Source: a virus (Duplodnaviria; Caudoviricetes). Taken from it: 64,000 bases of DNA. Of this stretch, positions 57,354 to 64,000 are shown piece by piece. Numbering within the stretch: the first letter of the stretch is position 1; every line of letters starts with the position of its first letter. A program made the translations under genes and the position numbers. Under the pieces are notes generated by a model. The model saw only the letters and a program-made list of their open reading frames with translations. It did no database searches and was not told the origin of the DNA. Where the stretch lies: the IMG/VR virus record IMGVR_UViG_2595698834_000001, positions 85,845 through 149,844 of that record, one strand, 5' to 3'.

Positions 57354-57618
57354 AGTTAAATTAGCTGAAAATTTAAAAGAGACTGAGGAAGATATCAAAA
57401 TTATCGAGGATAATCTTGTAGCGATCAGAAGCTACTACTTTAAAGGAGGGAGACTGTCGTTAGAGATTGAGACCACTGACTTTGTACACGCAGGATCAGA
57501 GGACTACATTTGTTTTAATACTGAACTAATGGTAGCATACCTTGAAAAAGAAAAAGAGAGACTCCAAGAGAAGTCGTCTGATATCATTAAAGAAATGTCT
57601 AATAAGACTAGCGAATAA
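57343..57618 (+). CDS. Hypothetical protein
   Basis: ATG 57343 after AAGGAG. Confidence 0.6.
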   Translation: MADRVKLAENLKETEEDIKIIEDNLVAIRSYYFKGGRLSLEIETTDFVHAGSEDYICFNTELMVAYLEKEKERLQEKSSDIIKEMSNKTSE

Positions 57619-57630
57619 GGAGAGTAGCCG

Positions 57631-58167
57631 ATGAGTAGTAGAGAAAAGAATAGGTGGGATAGAAGCACAAATAAAAAGTTCTCAGACGTACGACTAACTG
57701 TTGTATTTACTACAACGAGAGGTAGGGTGGCTTATCGTGAAGGTGAGCCATTCTACGCCTTTACAGAGCCATTTAGAGATTCTCACGTAGTACAGGTTAA
57801 CTATGATTATATTCACCCACTGCATATGGGACTATTAAAAATTTGCCACCATTTAGAACCAGCCAAACCTCATGTCACTACGACATCTAGCGAAGATCGT
57901 ATTAAAGAGTATCAAAAGGAGTCTGAAGTTGTGGTTGAGAACTACTTCCCCGAAGGTACTTATATCTTTGATCATCTGTCATACTTTATTGAAAGGTCAA
58001 TTGACTCGCTTCAAGACATGCACAACTTGCTAAACCAACAGGTAGATATTCCGAGAAAAGAAGTATCCGGACTGGTACCGGATGAAGTAATAAAGATGGT
58101 AGAGAAAGCTTACCTCGACGGGTACGAAATTGTTGACTTGCACAAAACAAAAAAAAAGATGGAGTGA
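57631..58167 (+). CDS. Hypothetical protein
   Basis: 178 aa with AAGGAG RBS. Confidence 0.6.
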   Translation: MSSREKNRWDRSTNKKFSDVRLTVVFTTTRGRVAYREGEPFYAFTEPFRDSHVVQVNYDYIHPLHMGLLKICHHLEPAKPHVTTTSSEDRIKEYQKESEVVVENYFPEGTYIFDHLSYFIERSIDSLQDMHNLLNQQVDIPRKEVSGLVPDEVIKMVEKAYLDGYEIVDLHKTKKKME

Positions 58168-58368
58168 CTAGTAACCTCTCTTCTCCTATATTAGGTAAAG
58201 AAGGGAGGTTATGGTATTAGACAGAAAGGATAAGCCGATAATCCTAGCTAACGTCACCCTAATAGATGACCTTTATTCAAAGTAACGAATGTGCTCTACT
58301 ATTTACCACGCTTTCGGAAAAAAAACAGGAGGCAGGTGTTCCAATAATCTGTAAGGGAGCTCATTTTA

Positions 58369-60141
58369 TTGGAGAGTAGCAAACACGTTTACTTCATCGA
58401 CTTTGAAAAGCACGGTATCAAATCAGACGGAACAGCAGCAAGAGAAACAACAGACGGATTCACATATGCACTAAACGATGCGGTGAACAAAGGTTACAAA
58501 ACAGTGTATGTCCCTAAAGGTGATTATCTTATCAACGGAGTCGGAGAAGACAGAATGCCTGAGTATGGTGGAGGTATTCAATTCCCTTCTAATATTGAAG
58601 TAATTTTTCACAAAAAGGCAATTTTCAAAGTAGAACCTAACAGTTCGACCGGGTATGCCTGCTTCAACTTGGAGAATGTCGACAATGTCATCCTGAGAGG
58701 TGGCTGCGTGGTCGGAGAGCGCTTTGAACATGATTATGATATGAATGTATCAAAGTTCCGTAAAACCCATGAGTGGGGCTATGGAGTGCATATACGAGGA
58801 AGCAGGAATATTCTCGTCGAAGACATGCACATCTCAGACTGTACTGGAGATTGTATATGGGTTCCAGCTCACGGTATGATGAACTGGGGAGACACAGTAT
58901 ATATCCCTTCAGAGTCGATCACTATTAGAAAGTGTCGTACTGAAAGAGGACGCAGAAACAACATCGCTACAGATGGGTGTCTTGGTCTCCTTATTGACGA
59001 CTGTGACATCATCGAAGCTGGTGGAGATACAATAGGACCACAGCTAGGAATTGACTTAGAAGGTTTTGCAGAGGACGGGATTAAGTACGGACACCCTTAT
59101 GAAATTAATGTCGTCAACAACCGCATCCGAAACAACGGACGAGGTTCCCTTAACATAAATGTATCTGCGAAGGTACATGCGTCCAACAACTTCTCAGATG
59201 ATGTCTTCAGCTATGGATACTCTTCAGACGTTTCCATCTGTAACAACAAGATCATTAACGACTCAGGAAAAGTAAGAAAATATGGTATCGACTCCATTCG
59301 TAAGTCCAGCACCGAGACAGGTAACCGAGCAATTATCACAGGTAACCACATCATCGGTTTTGAGATTGGTATATGTGCTCGTGGGCTAGGAGTAAAAATA
59401 GCTAATAACTACCTAAAAGATATATCTTCTATAGGTATTTATCCCTACTTAGCCGAGGAAGTTAGCGTCTCAGATAACATTGTCGATAGTAATTGCTTAC
59501 ACGTATGGGTACGTGAGTCTAAAGATGTAAAAATCAGCGACAACAAAACAAAAGGCGCAGATAATGATTTCGCATACCGAGTTGAATCTTCTTCTGATGT
59601 TATCATCTCAGATAGTAAGTCACAAGCTAACGGCGGAATCCAAGTTATCCGTTCCCGTAAAGTCACCCTAAAGGATAACGACCTAACCCTTACTGGAGCA
59701 GACTACGGCATTTACTGGGACAAGCAGTCTGAAGTGGAAGTATTACACAACACAGTAAGAGACGCAGCTATGATCGCTATCGCAGGTAACTCCAATCTAT
59801 ACCCAAGTATTGTTAAAGGAAATAACATCAAAGACTGTACGTACTTAGTAGGCTTGTATATGAACGGCGGTAGAGATCATGTTATATGGGATAACGACGT
59901 ATCTTTCAAAGGCGTAGGCTCATCAAATGGAGGTTACGGAGTCCAACTAATCGCAACAACAAATGCATGGCTCATGGATAACAAAGTACGTGTTTCTAAC
60001 GGACGTACATTAAGTAGCGCTTACGAGTCACAGAGCTCGTATAAAACACTTTATGTTAACAACGCAATGCAGATAGGTAAAATTAATCCCCACGAGAGTG
60101 ATTACGTAAAGGGAACACTTGAACTACCGTTTCCCTTATAG
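58369..60141 (+). CDS. Right-handed beta-helix (pectate lyase-like) depolymerase
   Basis: GIKSDG, TVYVPKGDYLI, EWGYGVHIRGSRNILVEDMHISDCTGDCI, GRRNNI, GIDLE and repeated ISDN/IIGN rungs. Confidence 0.85.
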   Translation: MESSKHVYFIDFEKHGIKSDGTAARETTDGFTYALNDAVNKGYKTVYVPKGDYLINGVGEDRMPEYGGGIQFPSNIEVIFHKKAIFKVEPNSSTGYACFNLENVDNVILRGGCVVGERFEHDYDMNVSKFRKTHEWGYGVHIRGSRNILVEDMHISDCTGDCIWVPAHGMMNWGDTVYIPSESITIRKCRTERGRRNNIATDGCLGLLIDDCDIIEAGGDTIGPQLGIDLEGFAEDGIKYGHPYEINVVNNRIRNNGRGSLNINVSAKVHASNNFSDDVFSYGYSSDVSICNNKIINDSGKVRKYGIDSIRKSSTETGNRAIITGNHIIGFEIGICARGLGVKIANNYLKDISSIGIYPYLAEEVSVSDNIVDSNCLHVWVRESKDVKISDNKTKGADNDFAYRVESSSDVIISDSKSQANGGIQVIRSRKVTLKDNDLTLTGADYGIYWDKQSEVEVLHNTVRDAAMIAIAGNSNLYPSIVKGNNIKDCTYLVGLYMNGGRDHVIWDNDVSFKGVGSSNGGYGVQLIATTNAWLMDNKVRVSNGRTLSSAYESQSSYKTLYVNNAMQIGKINPHESDYVKGTLELPFPL

Positions 60142-60217
60142 CATCTAGCATCTAGCATCTAGCATCTAGCATCTAGCATCTAGCATCTAGCATCTAGCAT
60201 CTAGCATCTAGCATCTA
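60139..60217. repeat. Perfect heptamer tandem repeat (TAGCATC)x11
   Basis: 11 exact copies at 60139-60215 plus TA; the first TAG is the upstream stop codon. Confidence 0.95.
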
Positions 60218-60242
60218 CTCAATAAAAGGAGGCACACATACA

Positions 60243-60917
60243 GTGGCAGATAAGTATAACAATTACGCAGAGTTACGAGCAGCAGAACGAATCGGTAAGG
60301 ACTACAACATTGAATGTGAACTATTCAGCGATGAAATGATCTTGGTTGTCCCTCATGGCGGAGGTATCGAAGTCGGTACAACGGAATTATCACAAGAGGT
60401 AGATATTCGTATCAAGAATAGGCTTATTAGTTCCTACTTGTTTAACGCAATGAAGCCTTCTAATAACGTCGACCTCCATATCACAAGTGCAAACTTCGAC
60501 GAGCCAGTCGGGGTAGGGGCAGTTACAAACAATAAGCACGCTATCTCTTTCCACGGATACGCAGCCAGCAGGGAAGAAAACACAATTGTCGGTGGACTTG
60601 ACGAAGAGTTCAAACAGATTGTTATTAAGCATCTACAAGCACAGGGGTTTAATGCAGAGGCAGCTACAACTAGATTCACAGGTACCGACCCTAAGAACAT
60701 TGTTAATCGTTGCGAGCATGGAGCAGGCGTTCAACTAGAACTAAGCACTTTGCAGCGTAAAAGATTTTTCTATAACGATGACTGGTCTGCGGGTAACCGA
60801 CATAACCGTACCGAGGTATTAGAACGATACGCTAGTGCAATTGCGCTCGCTATTGAGGAGTATACAGAAGGTCGGATCGTAACCGATGAAGACAATCTCG
60901 TTATCACTTCTTTGTAA
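60243..60917 (+). CDS. pghP: Poly-gamma-glutamate hydrolase
   Basis: PHGGGIEVGTTE, LHITSANFDEP, ISFHGY, NIVNR, GVQLELS. Confidence 0.9.
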   Translation: MADKYNNYAELRAAERIGKDYNIECELFSDEMILVVPHGGGIEVGTTELSQEVDIRIKNRLISSYLFNAMKPSNNVDLHITSANFDEPVGVGAVTNNKHAISFHGYAASREENTIVGGLDEEFKQIVIKHLQAQGFNAEAATTRFTGTDPKNIVNRCEHGAGVQLELSTLQRKRFFYNDDWSAGNRHNRTEVLERYASAIALAIEEYTEGRIVTDEDNLVITSL

Positions 60918-60936
60918 AAATATGGTAATAGGTATT

Positions 60937-60967
60937 AAGCACTCAAAATTTTTTTGGGTGCTTTTTT
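60937..60967 (+). terminator. Intrinsic terminator
   Basis: AAGCACTCA...TGGGTGCTT plus T-run. Confidence 0.7.
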
Positions 60968-61017
60968 CTGTTCTTCGATCTCCTATATACGGGCTTTTAT
61001 AAAACTCTATATAAACA

Positions 61018-61181
61018 CGGGGAGGGGGAGGTGCTGAGGTGCTTTAGGGATGGCTATGAGGGGGTGACATTGGGGGTTCAAGTCGGGGGCGCTGCGGGGT
61101 ATCTGAAGGGGGTATACTAGGGGGTCAAGTAGGGGTTGCTGAGAGGGGAGGACGGGGTAACGAATCGTGACGCCACAGGGG
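61018..61181. repeat. Array of G4-5 tracts at ~12-nt spacing
   Basis: G-runs start at 61060, 61072, 61085, 61096, 61108, 61120, 61132, 61145, 61154. Confidence 0.75.
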
Positions 61182-61448
61182 ACTTGACACTTGTTTCTGA
61201 AACGGTAAGGGTTTGTTTTCTTTGGGTCATCGTCTATCGGTCGGGAAGGCAGGCAGGCAGGCATTGTTCACAGTTTACGTTTAAGATACTATATATTTTA
61301 CCTTTAAAAATTTTTTGCAAAATTTCTACCCGGGGTAGAGGGTATCACATAGGGTACCTACGCTTTATGGTAAAAAAACATACGGGGTGGGGTAGATGCC
61401 AGAATAGTCAGACAATTAACACCGAAAAGAAAGAGGACATCTGCCCTC

Positions 61449-61793
61449 TTATTCCGGTAGGTACTTGCCGCCGTACCATTGACAATCTTCCTCCGACTCT
61501 TCTTCCCACTTCTCTTCATATTCATCGTCTAGCTTATACCCTCTTTCAGATACGTATATAAGTGGTCGTTCTCCTTCATTGAATGCATACGCCGCAATCA
61601 ATTGCTTTTTAGTTAAGCTGCTTAAAACGCCTTTTAGCTGCTGCATTGGAATTTTTGTCGCTGCTGCGATCTCCTCTGCGTATACGTCCGAATAGTACTT
61701 GTCATAAATGCCTTCTGTTAAGAGATAAGTCATGACCTTACCTTCCATGTCTGTCATCTTACCTGCCGCTTGTAGTTCAGTGATCTTTTTCAT
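61449..61793 (-). CDS. Winged-helix DNA-binding early protein
   Basis: ATG 61793 after AAGGAG; AEEIAAATKIPMQQLKGVLSSLTKKQLI...IYVSERGY. Confidence 0.65.
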   Translation of the reverse strand: MKKITELQAAGKMTDMEGKVMTYLLTEGIYDKYYSDVYAEEIAAATKIPMQQLKGVLSSLTKKQLIAAYAFNEGERPLIYVSERGYKLDDEYEEKWEEESEEDCQWYGGKYLPE

Positions 61794-61883
61794 CTTAACC
61801 GCTCCTTTATGTATTGCTTTATTTGTTACCTTTAGTATATCATGGGGTTGATTTACTGTCAACCCCTTTTAGTGAAAAAAGTT

Positions 61884-62123
61884 TTAAAGAGAGAAAGCCG
61901 TATTGAAGTTATCAATGTGTATCATGCCGCCGTACTCAAATATCCGTGTACTGTAGACAATATCACCTGTGATATGGGAATGCTCGAACTGGATCATGAC
62001 ATCATCGTATAACTCACTGTTACGCTTGTTCTTCCATACAGGTATATAGCTAATAGTGTCACTCCGCATATACCGCTCTATATTATCCCTGTCTGTATAC
62101 CCTACTAACATTGGACTATTCAT
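61884..62123 (-). CDS. Hypothetical early protein
   Basis: Coupled ATG at 62123 (MNSPML). Confidence 0.55.
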   Translation of the reverse strand: MNSPMLVGYTDRDNIERYMRSDTISYIPVWKNKRNSELYDDVMIQFEHSHITGDIVYSTRIFEYGGMIHIDNFNTAFSL

Positions 62124-62406
62124 CGAGTGCAACCCCCGTCCAACTGTCAATATACTTTTGTACCTCATGTTCATCGTGTATACGAATCGCAATTAGTTCA
62201 CATGTCCAAGATGTCACAGGTTTAGCATGAATCACTAGATATTCAGTGCCTACCTTCTCCCCTGCAATGGTAAGGTCATGAGCGTCAAATATCACGTAGC
62301 TATCTTGGACAACTCCCTCATACTCATAGAAGTCGTATTCACCTTGTACCGCTTGATTAATCACGTCTAATAGTTCTTCTTTGTTAATAACCGTTTCTTT
62401 TTGCAT
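62116..62406 (-). CDS. Hypothetical early protein
   Basis: GAGGAG RBS and promoter. Confidence 0.7.
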   Translation of the reverse strand: MQKETVINKEELLDVINQAVQGEYDFYEYEGVVQDSYVIFDAHDLTIAGEKVGTEYLVIHAKPVTSWTCELIAIRIHDEHEVQKYIDSWTGVALDE

Positions 62407-62496
62407 GTTAACCGCTCCTCTTATGTAATGTCTTATTTGTTAACTCTAGTGTAACATAAGGGCTGACTTAGTGTCAACCCCTTTTAGTGGAAATGA

Positions 62497-62892
62497 TTAT
62501 AAATCTTTAATCATGTCGTAAAGCTCGTTAGACATAGAGGCTATAACTTTACGTTCCCTAGCAGATATAATCAGTTCAGCGATGTCCGTAAGGTTTGTGT
62601 CAAACTCCGTAGGTGGGTAAGAGCGGCTGAATGAGCCGATGTCGCTCAAATAGTCGTAACAGATAATAAACTCGTCTTCTACATCATACATATCGTTTTT
62701 GCTTGTTAATAGAACGGCACTATACGGATCATTCTTAAATGTATGATAGAAAAACTCCTCCGTATTGTTGTGTACAGTAAACCCGAACAACTCACTACAC
62801 TCCGTGTCTAACTCCTGTAAAATCTCTGCTAGTTCTCCAATGTTCTTTAGTAGGTAATCCTCAACCGCTTCTAACTTCTCTTCTCTTGTCAT
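62497..62892 (-). CDS. Hypothetical early protein
   Basis: AGGAGG RBS and promoter; acidic. Confidence 0.7.
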   Translation of the reverse strand: MTREEKLEAVEDYLLKNIGELAEILQELDTECSELFGFTVHNNTEEFFYHTFKNDPYSAVLLTSKNDMYDVEDEFIICYDYLSDIGSFSRSYPPTEFDTNLTDIAELIISARERKVIASMSNELYDMIKDL

Positions 62893-63058
62893 ATGTAACC
62901 CCTCCTAATTGTTATTGTACTTCTAGTGTAACATCTTATTGACTTACTGTCAACCCTTATTTAAAAATATACCCTGTCTAATGACTCCCACGACACTAGA
63001 TAGGATAATGCTCCAATGGTACCTTTAGTATACACCATGTATCAGATCATGTCAACAA

Positions 63059-63268
63059 TTATTTATAGATACTAGCGCCATCTGCCTCAACCAGTTCCCC
63101 GTCATGGCTTTCTAATATATACCAATGTACTTCATCCTCGATCTCCCTGCTGTGGACTGTAAAGAGTGTATCGTTTGTAAAACCATACTCCTTCATCATT
63201 TCATAGTCCATATTTACCTTTACTTTTTCTCCTACCTCATATTCGAATACTTCATTTGTCGTTTTCAT
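63059..63268 (-). CDS. Small SH3/KOW-like early protein
   Basis: YEVGEKVKV...FTV...WYIL; GAGGAGG RBS. Confidence 0.6.
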   Translation of the reverse strand: MKTTNEVFEYEVGEKVKVNMDYEMMKEYGFTNDTLFTVHSREIEDEVHWYILESHDGELVEADGASIYK

Positions 63269-63282
63269 GTTACGCCCTCCTC

Positions 63283-63663
63283 TTAAGAAAAATCAAGCAT
63301 TGTACTAATAAATGCCGTTCGACTATCTTCCCTATTGTCATATGCTTCTGCTTCTAGTCCTATCTCATCCATAGGATAGCATATAATAGCATCAACCGCT
63401 AACTCTTCATCCGTGTTGCTGATAGTGCCTAGAATGTCTGTCATGTACATAGGGTTCAGATCGTTAATATCAATAACCCCTTTAGCAACAATGAAAGCAG
63501 GATGACCATGTACAGTTATATCCGTCCACGTTACTACCTTTACCTTACCGCTAGGCACACCCTCCATAGTCGTGAGTACCTCCGCTTTATCCCCTACCGT
63601 AAAACTAGACCATATGTTACCCCATATGCTACCGTCATCAGGTAATCGTCTAACCTCTGCCAT
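63283..63663 (-). CDS. Hypothetical early protein
   Basis: AGGAG RBS before ATG 63663 (MAEVRR); promoter upstream. Confidence 0.65.
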   Translation of the reverse strand: MAEVRRLPDDGSIWGNIWSSFTVGDKAEVLTTMEGVPSGKVKVVTWTDITVHGHPAFIVAKGVIDINDLNPMYMTDILGTISNTDEELAVDAIICYPMDEIGLEAEAYDNREDSRTAFISTMLDFS

Positions 63664-64000
63664 ATGTACCAACTCCTAATTTGTTATTGTAACTTTAGTG
63701 TAACACGATTGTTTACTTAGTGTCAACCCCTTTATAAATTTTTTAAATTGTTTGACAACTATTACAGTATTTTTCAGAATATTTAGACTTATGCCACTGA
63801 TATTTGCTATAATTTACGTTTATTTGTGATACAATGCGTATAGAACCCCGTATTTGCCCATTTATAGCCTCGTAGAGCGGTTTTATATGCCGAGTAGACT
63901 AAATACACTAGATACCCCCTAAAAATCCGCCCTGCGCCGTCTAATCCTTCTAGATGCGAATGATATACTCTAGCTTACTGTCCATTAAAGATCGGTGCCC

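Larger units (their letters stand above)
61834..63726 (-). promoter_or_regulatory. Five strong sigma-A early promoters
   Basis: GTTGACA-17/18-TA(T/C)ACT at 61834-61862, 62448-62477, 62925-62953, 63027-63055, 63697-63726. Confidence 0.8.

Noticed and set aside
60139-60217. Possible CRISPR array
   Set aside because: 7-nt head-to-tail repeats with no spacers; no cas genes in the window
61007-61561. ORFs 61007-61264 (-) and 61136-61561 (+)
   Set aside because: By-products of the G-rich non-coding tract; no RBS and atypical composition

Overview
This is a 64 kb segment of a lytic Bacillus myovirus genome (SPO1/Twort-like Herelleviridae). Gene content such as poly-gamma-glutamate hydrolase, a beta-helix depolymerase and thyA/DHFR suggests a Bastillevirinae phage of the B. 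subtilis/pumilus group; this is inference. From 1 to 32.8 kb on the minus strand is the virion morphogenesis module: portal, protease, capsid, neck, sheath, tube, chaperones with a +1 frameshift, tape measure, tail lysin, fibres and baseplate. A Rok-like DNA-binding gene and a 3D-domain gene are inserted in it. From 32.9 to 37 kb on the minus strand is an RNA-rich island. It holds 3 intact tRNAs, 3 degenerate tRNA-like elements, many unassigned structured RNAs, a DUF6847/DIP1984-like coiled-coil gene directly followed by a large structured non-coding RNA, and a C5-methyltransferase remnant. From 37 to 61 kb, mostly on the plus strand, are an HNH-like gene flanked by inverted repeats, a terminase large subunit split by two ORF-less group I introns, endolysin, PhoH, nucleotide metabolism genes, a paralog array, a depolymerase and PghP. 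From 61 to 64 kb is a G-tract-rich non-coding segment, then small early genes each with a strong sigma-A promoter (probable long terminal repeat / host-takeover module). All calls come from reading motifs by eye; no database searches were run.
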